Shown here: positions 1-9,906 of the stretch, one piece after another | Position numbering within the stretch: the stretch's first letter is position 1 | Layout: each line of letters begins with the position of its first letter | DNA from: Patescibacteria group bacterium | GTDB lineage: Bacteria > Patescibacteriota > JABMPQ01 | Length of the DNA: 64,000 nucleotides | Assembly (NCBI GenBank): GCA_018818965.1 | Contig: JAHJQX010000024.1 | Location: forward strand, 6,105 to 70,104 | Direction of reading: 5' to 3' | Position numbers and translations under genes: made by a program | Notes under the pieces: model-generated | Databases searched by the model: none | What the model was told of the DNA's origin: nothing | The model's input: the letters and a program-made list of their open reading frames with translations, nothing else

Positions 1-2
1 AA

Positions 3-350
3 AAAATGTTAAACGAACTCAAAGACAACGTCGCTGTTTCGGGTGGAGAATTTGATAAATACCTGGAAAGCATCAAAAAGACTGAGGACGACTTGAAAAA
101 AGAATTTAAAGCCAAGGCGGAAAAAAGAACACTTTTTGGCCTGATCTTGCGGGAAATTGCCAAACAAGAAAAAGTGGAAGTAACTACTAAGGAGCTTGAG
201 GAAGAAGTAAAGCACACTACTGGGCATTATCAACACGATAAGCAAATGTTAGAAAAAATCCAGTCGGATGAATATCGGGATTATGCACGTAGTTTACTAG
301 TGAACCGAAAGGTGTTTGAGATGTTGCGGAAGGAATGCGTAGGAAAATAA
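3..350 (+). CDS. tig: Trigger factor, C-terminal part. 5' partial: the reading frame is open to the left edge of the window.
   Basis: ORF 6..350 is open in frame back to position 3. The translation resembles a trigger-factor C-terminal helical domain (…LILREIAKQEKVEVT…RDYARSLLVNRKVFEML). Confidence 0.55.
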   Translation, partial: KMLNELKDNVAVSGGEFDKYLESIKKTEDDLKKEFKAKAEKRTLFGLILREIAKQEKVEVTTKELEEEVKHTTGHYQHDKQMLEKIQSDEYRDYARSLLVNRKVFEMLRKECVGK

Positions 351-380
351 ACTGCGTAAATAAAAAATAATTTTAAAACC

Positions 381-827
381 ATGAAAATCTCCGAAATAAT
401 GCAAACTGACGTCATTGCTGTTGAAGCTGAAACGCCAGTCAAGGAAGTAGCCCAAAAGTTAGTCGATAATAATATCACCGGTATGCCAGTGGTAAAGGGA
501 GATGAAGTAATCGGTCTGGTAACAGAAGCTGATTTAATCATGCAAAAAGCCAAAATTCATATCCCAATGTACATCCAGCTACTTGACAGCGCCCTCTTTC
601 TGGAAGACACAGCTGAAGTGGAAGAAGATTTAAATAAAATACTAGGGATGACCGCCGAAAAGATAATGACCAACCAAGTTGTCACTATTGATGTCGATGA
701 TACGGTGGAGAATCTAGCCACCTTGATTGAAGAACATCATATCAATCCTATCCCCGTCACCGAAAAAAATAAGCTAGTTGGTATTGTCTCCCGCGCTGAC
801 ATTGTAAAATTATTAATCAGGGAATAA
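381..827 (+). CDS. CBS-domain pair protein
   Basis: 148 aa with two CBS-like repeats (…VIAVEAETPVKEVAQKL…ITGMPVV…, …VVTIDVDDTVENLATLIEEHHINPIPVT…). Confidence 0.6.
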   Translation: MKISEIMQTDVIAVEAETPVKEVAQKLVDNNITGMPVVKGDEVIGLVTEADLIMQKAKIHIPMYIQLLDSALFLEDTAEVEEDLNKILGMTAEKIMTNQVVTIDVDDTVENLATLIEEHHINPIPVTEKNKLVGIVSRADIVKLLIRE

Positions 828-837
828 ATCACTCACC

Positions 838-1680
838 ATGAAGTTCGGTGCTCATGTTTCCATCGCTGGTGGCATCGACCAAGCCCCCGCCCGAGCGCAC
901 ATTCTCGGTTGTGAATGCTTTCAAATTTTCTCTCGCTCTCCACGTGGAGGCCAGCCTCTTGCATTGACAGCTAAGTTGATCAAACAATTTAAAGCGGAGT
1001 GTAAAAAATATAAGTTGACTGCTTACTATATTCACACTCCTTATTTTATTAATTACGGATCCAACAATCAACGCATTTATCATGGTTCCGTTTCGGTTGT
1101 CCGTCAGGAGCTTGAGCGGGGAACACAAATTGGCGCCCAATATGTAATAACTCACCTGGGTTCAGCCAAAGATCTTGGCTTAGAAAAAACTTTGACCCAA
1201 ACAATTAAAGGTATTAATAAAACTCTCGCTGGATATAAAGGTAAGACTAAACTTTTAATCGAAACAGCTGCCGGAGCGGGTAAAATAATCGGCGACTCGT
1301 TTGGAGATGTTGCCCATATTTTAAAAAACACACCGCGGAGTGTCGGAGTTTGTTTCGATACCGCGCACGCTTTTGCTTCTGGCTATGATTTGCGAATAGC
1401 GGCTAGTGTTAAAAAAACATTGGCCGAATTTGATCAAACAATCGGGCTAGCGAAGCTAAAATTACTGCACGGCAACGACTCACAAGTGGATCTCAATGCC
1501 CGGATTGACCGTCACGAGCACGTTGGTAAAGGCAAAATAGGGCGAGCAGGGTTTGCTGCCATCACTAAAAACAGTAAGTTGCGCGAGATCAACATGATTG
1601 TGGAAACTCCGGCTGGAGAAGGTAAGGTTGATTCTCGGATTAAAGATATTAAACTACTAAAAGGATGGCGAAAAGGATGA
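838..1680 (+). CDS. nfo: Endonuclease IV (AP endonuclease family 2)
   Basis: 280 aa. Nfo-like motifs FGAHVSIAGG, HTPYFINYGS, ETAAGAG and CFDTAHAFASGYD. SD-like ACTCACC precedes the ATG. Confidence 0.8.
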   Translation: MKFGAHVSIAGGIDQAPARAHILGCECFQIFSRSPRGGQPLALTAKLIKQFKAECKKYKLTAYYIHTPYFINYGSNNQRIYHGSVSVVRQELERGTQIGAQYVITHLGSAKDLGLEKTLTQTIKGINKTLAGYKGKTKLLIETAAGAGKIIGDSFGDVAHILKNTPRSVGVCFDTAHAFASGYDLRIAASVKKTLAEFDQTIGLAKLKLLHGNDSQVDLNARIDRHEHVGKGKIGRAGFAAITKNSKLREINMIVETPAGEGKVDSRIKDIKLLKGWRKG

Positions 1681-2462
1681 ATGATGAAAAAAACCCAACC
1701 CAGCCTCAATTATCAAGCTCAGCCAAACTTCATGCCCGAGAGCATTTTTATGAACACGACTCTGCTCTAGCTAAAATAAAAGCTATTTTCCCGCAGACAG
1801 ATAAAAAGCTGAGGATCTTGGATGTCGGCTGTGGGGATGGAAGATTGGTCGTCGCTTTAATCGAGCAAGGACACACTGTAACCGGCTTGGATATCAATGA
1901 AACAGCAATCGACCAAGCTAAGAAAAGAGGGCTAACAGCAATAAAAGCAGATCTCGAAAGTCCTTGGCCAGTTGATTCTTCTCAATACGATATTATTTTG
2001 ATGTTGGACGTCTTAGAACACGTAGTTGACCAAAACCACCTGTTGGCAGAAAGTCGACGGGTTCTGAAAGCTAACGGGTGTCTGATCATCGCTTATCCCA
2101 ACCACTTTGACATCCGTAACCGACTAAAAATGCTACTGGGCGGCGGTATTGTTCACTGGTCTCATACCAAACACGAAAACGCCAATGCGCCTGATTATTC
2201 CCACTTGCGATTTCTCAGATTTGAGGATCTGATACAGCTGATAAAAAATCACGGCTTCGCTACTGAACAATTGCAATTTAACTTTATGGGTGGCGGTATC
2301 ATTCCCCGTCGCTTGTTACCTTCATCGGTCAGGAAATGGCTACTCAGACGGTATCCAAACCTCCTCTCCGGCAAATTTATCTTGCGGGTGGTAAAAGCAG
2401 ATGGAAAAGATCTAATCCAAGAAAAAACTGTCTTGCTTGATAAGACAGTGGCGGGGATTTAA
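1665..2462 (+). CDS. Class I SAM-dependent methyltransferase
   Basis: SAM-binding motif I LDVGCGDGRL and post-I acidic residue. Overlaps nfo by 16 nt; an alternative start is MNDEK at 1677. Confidence 0.6.
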   Translation: MAKRMNDEKNPTQPQLSSSAKLHAREHFYEHDSALAKIKAIFPQTDKKLRILDVGCGDGRLVVALIEQGHTVTGLDINETAIDQAKKRGLTAIKADLESPWPVDSSQYDIILMLDVLEHVVDQNHLLAESRRVLKANGCLIIAYPNHFDIRNRLKMLLGGGIVHWSHTKHENANAPDYSHLRFLRFEDLIQLIKNHGFATEQLQFNFMGGGIIPRRLLPSSVRKWLLRRYPNLLSGKFILRVVKADGKDLIQEKTVLLDKTVAGI

Positions 2463-2501
2463 ATAAGTAGATATTTTAGATGGTAAATTATTTAAAAATT
2501 T

Positions 2502-3476
2502 ATGCGCCAAAAATATTCTCGCCAACAAATTGAACAAGCCCTAATCCCCTACCAGGTTGGCACAATCAATGAAGCCAAGCTTTTTACTACTGGCATTGAT
2601 AATACCAATATCTATATTAACTCTGATCAAGGTGAAGGTGTGCTTAAAATATATGAAATGTATACTGCCGACAATATAGCCTGCACCCAATTCGAGCTCT
2701 CACTAATGAACAAAGTCAACCAGGGCGGACTACCCGTCCCCCAAGCATACAAAACAGTTGATGGCAATTTTACTTCTCAATCGGGAAATAAACCAGTAGC
2801 TTATATCTCTTTTCTACCTGGAGAAAATATTTATCAGCAACAAATTCCAATTTCCTTAATTAAAGAAATCGGGCAAACTGCAGCCGAATTAGATAAGTGC
2901 TTGCAAAATTTTCAACCCCAGGGTCAAGAACGCTTGGAGTATGATTGGGACGCTAAAAATTTTCTCAAAACAAAGAAATTTCTTCCTCAGCTTGATAAAT
3001 TAGATATCGATCATCAGACAATCAGGGCAGTTTACTCCGAATATCAGGAAATCATTCGGCCAGCTTTAATGAAGTGTCGACGAGGCTATATTCATAATGA
3101 TATAGCAGCTCATAATATTTTAGCTAACAATGATAAACTAACAGCCGTGTTGGATTTCGGTGATGCGGTTTATTCTTATTGGGTATGTGAAATTGCCGTC
3201 ATGATTGTCCAATTATGCATGTATCAGACTGATTGGAAAAACGCTACTGCAGAATTACTCAGTGCCTATCAGGCTGTGATACCTCTTAACAAATCAGAAA
3301 AAGATACCCTGTATTATTTAGCTAAATGTCGCGCTGCCACCATGATTGTCGTTTGCAACAGCTTGTATTATACTGATTCTACTCATAATGACCTAGGAGA
3401 ATTTAGAGATGCTGGGCTAGATTACCTGGATAAGTTAATTAAATTGGGAAAAGAGAATTTTAACTCGTTAATATGA
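2502..3476 (+). CDS. Aminoglycoside/choline/homoserine-kinase-type phosphotransferase (APH family)
   Basis: Brenner motif HNDIAAHNIL and DFGD motif (LDFGDAVYSY). 324 aa. Confidence 0.6.
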   Translation: MRQKYSRQQIEQALIPYQVGTINEAKLFTTGIDNTNIYINSDQGEGVLKIYEMYTADNIACTQFELSLMNKVNQGGLPVPQAYKTVDGNFTSQSGNKPVAYISFLPGENIYQQQIPISLIKEIGQTAAELDKCLQNFQPQGQERLEYDWDAKNFLKTKKFLPQLDKLDIDHQTIRAVYSEYQEIIRPALMKCRRGYIHNDIAAHNILANNDKLTAVLDFGDAVYSYWVCEIAVMIVQLCMYQTDWKNATAELLSAYQAVIPLNKSEKDTLYYLAKCRAATMIVVCNSLYYTDSTHNDLGEFRDAGLDYLDKLIKLGKENFNSLI

Positions 3477-4381
3477 ATGGGGAACGGCCGGAACAAGGCG
3501 ACATAGCCAGAGAACAATCAGAAACCATCACTAGCTTGCGTGACCTCCGCAGTGATTTTCATATGCATACATTGACTAGCCGAGAGGCAGGTGATCCCCG
3601 TGGCACATATACTATGGAGGAACTAGCTGGGTATATTGAAGATCACGTTGGTATTAAAGAAGGTGAAAAGCCTGGGGTTGAATACATTTCTATTACTGAC
3701 CACGCCACCAATGATACGGTCGTGCCCCAAGGACCAGAAGAAAAAGTAGATCAGAGAATTCTAGCGCAAAAAGTAGAAATCGACCGCCTAAATGAGAGCG
3801 GCAAATTTCCTGGCCTAACTGTATTAGCCGGAACGGAGACAGCTTTATCACCAGAGGGTGTTCCAGACGTTAGTAACCATGTTCTTGAGCAGTTAGACGT
3901 GGTAGTAGCTTCAATCCACGAACCACCTGATTTGTCAGGCGAAGAAAGAATGGCAGCATATCGCCAAGCAGTGGAAAATCCCTATATTGATATTTTAGGA
4001 CATCCTTTTGGCGCTACCTGGTGGGGAAAAAGTCACGACTGGTTATCGGAAGAACAGTCGCAGGAGTTGATTGATCTAGCAATAGAGCACGACAAGGCCA
4101 TTGAAATAAATGTTGCTCAACTAGACCATTATCCTTCCACCCTACTACAAATTATAGCGGCTAGTGGAGTCAAGGTGTCTATGGGTACCGATACCCACGA
4201 CAACCCGCAGATCAAAGATCAAAAACCATTGGGTGTCAGCGGCTGGAGGCCTTATGCTAGAACAGCTAGAGCTATAGGAAAAGCAGGAATCAAAAAAGAA
4301 AACATCCTCAACACTTATTCTCTGGCAGAATATCGGGCTTGGCGCCAAACTAGGATCGAAAGATTTACTTCGCCTGCATAA
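3473..4381 (+). CDS. PHP-domain metal-dependent phosphoesterase
   Basis: FHMHT, TDHA, IHEP and GTDTH motifs typical of the PHP family. The 4-nt ATGA overlap with the upstream gene suggests translational coupling. Confidence 0.6.
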   Translation: MNGERPEQGDIAREQSETITSLRDLRSDFHMHTLTSREAGDPRGTYTMEELAGYIEDHVGIKEGEKPGVEYISITDHATNDTVVPQGPEEKVDQRILAQKVEIDRLNESGKFPGLTVLAGTETALSPEGVPDVSNHVLEQLDVVVASIHEPPDLSGEERMAAYRQAVENPYIDILGHPFGATWWGKSHDWLSEEQSQELIDLAIEHDKAIEINVAQLDHYPSTLLQIIAASGVKVSMGTDTHDNPQIKDQKPLGVSGWRPYARTARAIGKAGIKKENILNTYSLAEYRAWRQTRIERFTSPA

Positions 4382-4390
4382 TAAAATACT

Positions 4391-5185
4391 ATGTTCAAAA
4401 AATTTCTTATCAAAACAGTCAAAGATGCTAGTAAGATACTACTAAAAGACTACGGCAAGCTTCGACACCAGGATATCCAGCGCAAAACCAATCTCGAGTT
4501 GGTTACTAAAACTGATCTCAAATCAGAGCATTTTATTATTAAGCAAATTGAGAAAAAATTTCCTGGCCACAGCATCCTCAGTGAAGAAAAAGGCCTGATC
4601 GACAAAAAATCCGATTTTCTCTGGTTGATCGACCCGCTCGATGGTACTAATAATTTCATTATGAGCAACCCTCTCTTTGCCGTAACCATCTCCTTGGCTT
4701 ACAAGGGCGAAGTAGTAGCCGGTGTTGGTTATGCTCCCCGTCTCAAAGAACTCTATTTTACCGAAAAGGGACAGGGAGCTTACCTTAACGGCAAAAGAAT
4801 AAAGGTGTCCAAAGAAAACAAGCTAAGAGAATCCATCCTGCTTTTTTGCCACGGGCATAAGAAGAGAGACTACCAAGAAGTAACCCGCATCTATACTGCT
4901 TTTAAGCTGCGCTGCCGAAGTTTGCGTCAGCTCGGCTCGGCTCTACTTGAATTAGGCTTTGTCGCCGCCGGGCGCTGCGAGAGCCTGATGATTGACGGGC
5001 TGACTACTTGGGACCTAGCCACTGGTGTCTTGCTGGTAAAAGAAGCAGGCGGGAAAGTAACTGATTTTCACGGTCAAGAGTGGAATCTAAAAAGCACTAG
5101 TATCGTTGCCACCAACGGTAAAATTCATAACAAGCTGTTGCCGACTTTGAAAAAATTATCGAAACAATATGGCAAACCTGAATAA
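4391..5185 (+). CDS. suhB: Inositol monophosphatase family protein (SuhB-like)
   Basis: Signature WLIDPLDGTNNF and the metal-binding EE motif (SEEKG). Confidence 0.75.
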   Translation: MFKKFLIKTVKDASKILLKDYGKLRHQDIQRKTNLELVTKTDLKSEHFIIKQIEKKFPGHSILSEEKGLIDKKSDFLWLIDPLDGTNNFIMSNPLFAVTISLAYKGEVVAGVGYAPRLKELYFTEKGQGAYLNGKRIKVSKENKLRESILLFCHGHKKRDYQEVTRIYTAFKLRCRSLRQLGSALLELGFVAAGRCESLMIDGLTTWDLATGVLLVKEAGGKVTDFHGQEWNLKSTSIVATNGKIHNKLLPTLKKLSKQYGKPE

Positions 5186-5819
5186 AATTACTGACGAGAT
5201 TAGCCAGTGCACTTTATGTCCCCTGCATGAAAATCGCACCAACGCCGTCCCAGGAGAAGGCAATCCACGAGCTGATTTACTTTTCATCGGCGAAGGTCCG
5301 GGTAAAAAAGAGGATGAGCTAGGCCGACCCTTTGTTGGTCCAGCCGGGAAACTACTTGAGGAATTGTTGGCGACAATCGGTCTGAAACGTGAAGATGTCT
5401 TTATTGCTAACGTGGTTAAGTGCCGCCCACCCGGTAATCGTGATCCTCTGCCCGAGGAAGTCGAGGCTTGCTGGCCATATCTGCAACAGCAGGTGAATGC
5501 TGTCGACCCTAAGCTTATTATTCTTCTCGGCCGTCACTCACTCGATCGTTTCCTGCCTAATATGAAAATCTCTCAAGCACGCGGTAAACCAATGCGGCGA
5601 GAAGTAGAAAACTTGGGACGCTATGTTTTTTACCCCATTTATCACCCAGCAGCTGCTTTACATAATCCGAACAATCGCCAACCACTAATAGATGACTTTC
5701 AGAAAATCCCGGCGGTGTTGGCAGAAGTTGATAAATTGCCGGAAAAAGACGCGGCCGATGTCGAAATAGAGGATGATATAGCTGAGCCGCAGGAAAAACA
5801 GGCACGGTTGGAGTTGTAA
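5169..5819 (+). CDS. udg: Uracil-DNA glycosylase, family 4
   Basis: Motifs GEGPG..E (FIGEGPGKKEDELGRPFVGPAGKLL) and VVKCRPPGNRDP. Cys residues at CTLCP may form an Fe-S cluster. Confidence 0.75.
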   Translation: MANLNKITDEISQCTLCPLHENRTNAVPGEGNPRADLLFIGEGPGKKEDELGRPFVGPAGKLLEELLATIGLKREDVFIANVVKCRPPGNRDPLPEEVEACWPYLQQQVNAVDPKLIILLGRHSLDRFLPNMKISQARGKPMRREVENLGRYVFYPIYHPAAALHNPNNRQPLIDDFQKIPAVLAEVDKLPEKDAADVEIEDDIAEPQEKQARLEL

Positions 5820-5905
5820 GTCTGTCGATTGTAGGTTCGCCCATGACGAGCCCGTCGAACTGCAGTCCTTCAACTTCACTCAGGGAAAATCCAGAGTAAA
5901 AAAAT

Positions 5906-5937
5906 AAGCTGTAAAGGAAAGCGCTTTGCAGCTTTTT
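5906..5937. terminator. Bidirectional rho-independent terminator between udg (+) and the convergent IDH-family gene (-)
   Basis: Stem aagctgtaaag / ctttgcagctt with one G-U pair. A-run upstream and T-run downstream. Confidence 0.5.
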
Positions 5938-5953
5938 GGATCAGGAACGTTGG

Positions 5954-7141
5954 CTAGGTCGACAACTTCCCGATGATGGCGCTGGTCATCTCGGCGGTTG
6001 TGGCTGCTCCTTGCTCGATCACCTCGGGACCGCCCTTGAGGAACAGCATGTCATAGGTACACACACGGCCCTCCTTGATCACCCCGCCAATGGCCTCGTA
6101 AATGCGCTGGGCCATCTCCCGCTCCTCCAAATGAGTCAGCATCATGGCCGCCGAGAGGATCATCGCGCACGGGTTGACGATGGGCGGATCCAGCTCCGCG
6201 TATTTGGGCGCACTGCCGTGGGTGGGCTCGAACACCGCCACGTCCTGGCCGATGTTGGCGCTGGCGGCAAAGCCCAGACCGCCAATCAAGCCAGCGAAGC
6301 CATCGGAGCCGATGTCACCGAACATGTTGCTGGCGACGATCACGCCGTATTCAGCGGGGTTTTTGGTCAACCACATCATCTGGGCATCGATGTTGGTCTC
6401 CCAGAGCGCGATCCCAGGGAAGTCCTTCGCTACGACCTTGGCCACCTCGCGGAACATGCCACCAGTGGCTCGCATGACGTTGGGCTTCTCGCAGAGGGTG
6501 ACGGACTTGTAGCCGAACTTCTGCGCGTACTTGAAGGCAGCGCGCAGAATCCGCTCGCAAGCCGCTCGGGTGAAGATACGACAGGTGATCGCCAGCTCCT
6601 CGCCCGGCACTCCCTCGAAGGACTTGAACTTCGGGTGCGTACTGAACGCCCTGCGCACCTGCTCCGGCGGATCCGTCCACTCGACGCCGCAATATAGTCC
6701 CTCAGTATTTTGCCGAAAAACGACCACGTCGATTTCCGGTTCGAGGATCTTTTCATCCGATCCTCGCTGAACAAAGTTGAGCGGGTTACCGGGGAAAGTA
6801 CGGCAGGGACGGATGCAGACATCCAGATTGAACTCTCGCCGCAGGCCAACGATGGGACTGTAATACTGGAGACCCCGGTCCTGCAGCTCCGGTGCCAGCT
6901 CGGCCGCCGCCTCTGCCTGCGGCTTGGAGGTGATGGCGCCGAAAAGACCGACCTTGTGCTGGCGCAACAACTTGAGGGTACGATCAGGTAGCGGGTTGCC
7001 CTCGGTGCACCAGTGGCGCCAACCGATGTCGGCAAACACGTACTCGGCATCAAATCTAACCGCCTGGAGGACTCGTATAGCCTCCGCCAACACGATTTTT
7101 CCAATCCCGTCCCCCGGCATGAGTACAATTGTCCTGGTCAT
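5954..7141 (-). CDS. Isocitrate/isopropylmalate dehydrogenase family protein, within a GC-rich segment
   Basis: 395 aa. N-terminal LMPGDGIGKIV, NTEGLYCG and SNMFGDIGSD…GGLGFAASANIG motifs of beta-decarboxylating dehydrogenases. Codon usage is visibly GC3-rich, unlike the flanking genes. Confidence 0.75.
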   Translation of the reverse strand: MTRTIVLMPGDGIGKIVLAEAIRVLQAVRFDAEYVFADIGWRHWCTEGNPLPDRTLKLLRQHKVGLFGAITSKPQAEAAAELAPELQDRGLQYYSPIVGLRREFNLDVCIRPCRTFPGNPLNFVQRGSDEKILEPEIDVVVFRQNTEGLYCGVEWTDPPEQVRRAFSTHPKFKSFEGVPGEELAITCRIFTRAACERILRAAFKYAQKFGYKSVTLCEKPNVMRATGGMFREVAKVVAKDFPGIALWETNIDAQMMWLTKNPAEYGVIVASNMFGDIGSDGFAGLIGGLGFAASANIGQDVAVFEPTHGSAPKYAELDPPIVNPCAMILSAAMMLTHLEEREMAQRIYEAIGGVIKEGRVCTYDMLFLKGGPEVIEQGAATTAEMTSAIIGKLST

Positions 7142-7428
7142 GTAACTCTCCCTTTTGAAGATCCAGACAAAAACAGAGCGACCCCATGCCGCTCCTTACT
7201 AGTCGTTGGTTAGTAATTTAGCATGCTGGCGGAGAAAGTAAAGAATTTCTTGCTATTATACATGAAAAAAGCAGTAAACCTTGACATCTAATAGCTTATA
7301 TGATAGCCTGAGACAGTTTATAATCAAATCGAAAAAAGAAATTAGGCTGGAAGTTTTCTGGTTTGTAACTTTTTTTGAACGCCCGTGTGGCAGACGGGTA
7401 TAACCACCGAACGAGGGAGGAACACGAT

Positions 7429-7629
7429 ATGGTTAACTGGAGACAGAAGTGCGAGGCGTTGGAGAGAAAATATAAGGAACTGGAGCGAACTAGCGCCCTC
7501 TGGGTCGCGGCCAACAACGCCAAAGACGGGCGGATCAAGGAACTGGAGAGTGAACTCGAGAGGCTCAGGCGGCGAGTGGCCACACTCTCGCGACAACGCT
7601 CCTTGAAAAGAGCTGCCCAGGGAGGTTAA
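7429..7629 (+). CDS. Small coiled-coil protein (66 aa), GC-rich
   Basis: MVNWRQKCEALERKYKELER…ELESELERLRRR heptad-rich. Strong SD GAGGGAGG sits 8 nt upstream of the ATG at 7429. The ORF track starts it at 7375. Confidence 0.3.
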   Translation: MVNWRQKCEALERKYKELERTSALWVAANNAKDGRIKELESELERLRRRVATLSRQRSLKRAAQGG

Positions 7630-7632
7630 CCC

Positions 7633-7854
7633 ATGGCCATCTCCTGGCGAGAACACTGTCGGATCGCAGCGGAGGAACGCCTGGATCCTCGTCGTGACTT
7701 CAGCGAAGTCCGGCGACGGGCTGCACTGCGGGCGGTGGCTAATCGCCCCCAACGACGTCCACCGGTGATGATTCCTCCACCGGTAACGGTCACCGCACCA
7801 ATCCGACGTCAGCTCCTTCTTCCCGGTATCTTCCGCACCCAACACCGCCTCTAG
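7633..7854 (+). CDS. Arg/Pro-rich small ORF (73 aa), possibly non-coding
   Basis: Open frame in GC-rich DNA, where chance ORFs are common. No recognisable domain. Confidence 0.12.
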   Translation: MAISWREHCRIAAEERLDPRRDFSEVRRRAALRAVANRPQRRPPVMIPPPVTVTAPIRRQLLLPGIFRTQHRL

Positions 7855-7936
7855 CAACTAAAGAGACGGTTTTTTTATACAAAAAACTGCCCAGGGCAAA
7901 ACAGAGCAGCTAACAATAAACTATTAAAGGATAGAT

Positions 7937-8422
7937 TTACTCGTCCTCTTTCAATTTGATCACCACCTGCCGCTCCGGTTCCTCACCATAGCTGATAGTC
8001 ACTAAATCTTCTTCATCCGCTAGAAAAGTATGAACCACGCGCCGGTCGTAGGCTGGCATCGGGCGCAATATTTCTTTCTCTTTCGTACGACGGACATTGA
8101 GAGCCGCGCTGCGAGCAATACTACGCAAGCTGTCTTCTTTATCTCGTCGGTAGTTATTGACGTCAATTATAAATGGTACTATTTCACCTTCATTTTGTTT
8201 CCGGAGAAGTAAACGCACCACGTACTGGAAGGAAAACAGATTATCACCCGCCTGACCAATCATAATCTTGGCATCGTCAGTTTTGATATTAAGTACTAAA
8301 ACTTCTCTACCTTCTCGTTCTTCCAAGCGCTCAGAAATTTGCCCCGTTACCCCCATCTTATCAATCATCTCTGTTACTATCGTTTTAAGAATGCCAATGT
8401 TTTCCATTTCTATACCAGCCAT
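7937..8422 (-). CDS. jag: Jag/KhpB-like RNA-binding protein (KH + R3H)
   Basis: 161 aa. KH-like N-terminal half and R3H-like C-terminal half (…RRVVHTFLADEEDLVTISYGEEPER…). Sits immediately downstream of yidC as in the conserved cluster. Confidence 0.8.
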   Translation of the reverse strand: MAGIEMENIGILKTIVTEMIDKMGVTGQISERLEEREGREVLVLNIKTDDAKIMIGQAGDNLFSFQYVVRLLLRKQNEGEIVPFIIDVNNYRRDKEDSLRSIARSAALNVRRTKEKEILRPMPAYDRRVVHTFLADEEDLVTISYGEEPERQVVIKLKEDE

Positions 8423-8494
8423 ATATTTAGATTATTCGCTAATAGGCGTCAGTCTATCTTAATTATACAGGCCTGACGTCTAGCAACGACCCAT

Positions 8495-9316
8495 CTACTT
8501 GGCCGGAGTAGCAGACTTTTTCCCACCAGCGCCTTTCTCTTCTTTATTTTCCGGTTTCCACCATTTGATGATTAGATATTGCTGCCCGAGGGCAAATAAG
8601 GTTGTCGTCGCCCAATAAAGAGCCAAACCAGAAGGTAAACTCATAGCGATAAAGACAGTCATTACCGGCAGAAAATAGGTCATTTGCTTGGTCATCATCG
8701 AAGACATGTCAGCCGCAATGCCCTGACCCTTAGCCGATTTCTTCTTATTAGCTCCTTTGGGCATCATCATTCGCGATTGTAAGAACTGGAATATACCAGC
8801 CAAAACTGCCAAAATCAAGTTTGGTTCTGTCATATCCACCAGATTGATAAAGAAGTGGTTAACGGTTTCTGGCTGACTAACAAAAGAATAAAGCTTGTCC
8901 ATGCTTTCTGCATTCATCCCCACTCGGAAAACTCGGTAGAGAGCAAAAATGATTGGTAATTGGACTAACATTGGCAGGCAAGAAGAGGCGGGATTGATCT
9001 TATTCTTCTTATAAAACTCCATCAGCGCCTTGGTCTGCTCTTCCTTATTATCCTTGTGCTGCTGGCGCAACTTGTTCATCTCTGGTTGAAGCTGCTGCAA
9101 AGCCCGCTGGGACTTAGTTGCTTTGACCGACAGTGGCACCAAAACAAGTCGAACCAGTATTGTTACAATAATAATAGCCACCCCGATATCTCCTACCAGA
9201 TTATAACACCAGACCATTAGATTCAGGAGAGGCTGGAATAAGATTGTGTTGTAGATTTCGTAGAACATAATATTAATTTTTCCATTTCCCCGGCTTAGGT
9301 ACCGGATCATGCCCAC
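8495..9316 (-). CDS. yidC: Membrane protein insertase YidC (short Gram-positive/CPR type)
   Basis: Multi-TM 273 aa, YidC-like hydrophobic core with a C-terminal basic tail (KKSATPAK). Synteny yidD-yidC-jag. Confidence 0.85.
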   Translation of the reverse strand: MGMIRYLSRGNGKINIMFYEIYNTILFQPLLNLMVWCYNLVGDIGVAIIIVTILVRLVLVPLSVKATKSQRALQQLQPEMNKLRQQHKDNKEEQTKALMEFYKKNKINPASSCLPMLVQLPIIFALYRVFRVGMNAESMDKLYSFVSQPETVNHFFINLVDMTEPNLILAVLAGIFQFLQSRMMMPKGANKKKSAKGQGIAADMSSMMTKQMTYFLPVMTVFIAMSLPSGLALYWATTTLFALGQQYLIIKWWKPENKEEKGAGGKKSATPAK

Positions 9317-9539
9317 CGTGGCTCAAAGGATTACAGCGCAACACTCGCCACGAGGTGAGAAGACTGCCTTTGATCAATCCGTGTCGCTTGATCGCCTGGT
9401 AGCCATACTCAGAGCACGTTGGATGAAAACGACAAAAACCGTAGGGCAACACTCTCGAGAAGATCCCGTGATCCATCGACAGTGTTTTTTGATATAAACG
9501 TATTAGTAATAGAAAGGGAACGCGTATAAATTCAAACAT
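9273..9539 (-). CDS. yidD: Membrane protein insertion efficiency factor YidD
   Basis: 88 aa with a conserved Cys-rich core (…[19 protein letters not shown]…). Overlaps the yidC start. Confidence 0.75.
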   Translation of the reverse strand: MFEFIRVPFLLLIRLYQKTLSMDHGIFSRVLPYGFCRFHPTCSEYGYQAIKRHGLIKGSLLTSWRVLRCNPLSHGGHDPVPKPGKWKN

Positions 9540-9541
9540 TG

Positions 9542-9889
9542 CTATTTAACCCCTATTAGACCCGCTTGCTGCAAAACATTTTTAAAAACATTTTCAATCT
9601 CTCGATAGGTTTTATCTGTAGCTTCCGGACGCACCATCACTACCACATCAAATCCCGGCTTGATATCAGCTAGAGCTAAGCGAATCACCTCACGCAAACG
9701 ACGCTTTACTTTATTACGCACGGTTGCTTTCTTTGACACTTTTATCCCGACCAAAAAACCAAAGCGCGATTGCGGCTGATTATTTTTTAATGACTTGATC
9801 GCAATAAACTGATGTTTAAAAAAACGACCATGGCGGTGGACGCGGGCAAAGTCATTATCTTTCTGTAATCTGTTGGCTAGCGGTAACAT
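9542..9889 (-). CDS. rnpA: Ribonuclease P protein component
   Basis: 115 aa, basic, RNR-like motif (…[11 protein letters not shown]…). Located between rpmH and yidD. Confidence 0.85.
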   Translation of the reverse strand: MLPLANRLQKDNDFARVHRHGRFFKHQFIAIKSLKNNQPQSRFGFLVGIKVSKKATVRNKVKRRLREVIRLALADIKPGFDVVVMVRPEATDKTYREIENVFKNVLQQAGLIGVK

Positions 9890-9906
9890 ATAATAAAAAG
9901 ATCTCG

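Noticed and set aside
5936-7145. Several long ORFs (253, 232, 122, 113, 93, 79 and 73 aa) overlapping the dehydrogenase gene on both strands
   Set aside because: They have no recognisable motifs, and such frames are expected by chance in GC-rich DNA. Only the 395-aa frame carries IDH/IMDH signatures.
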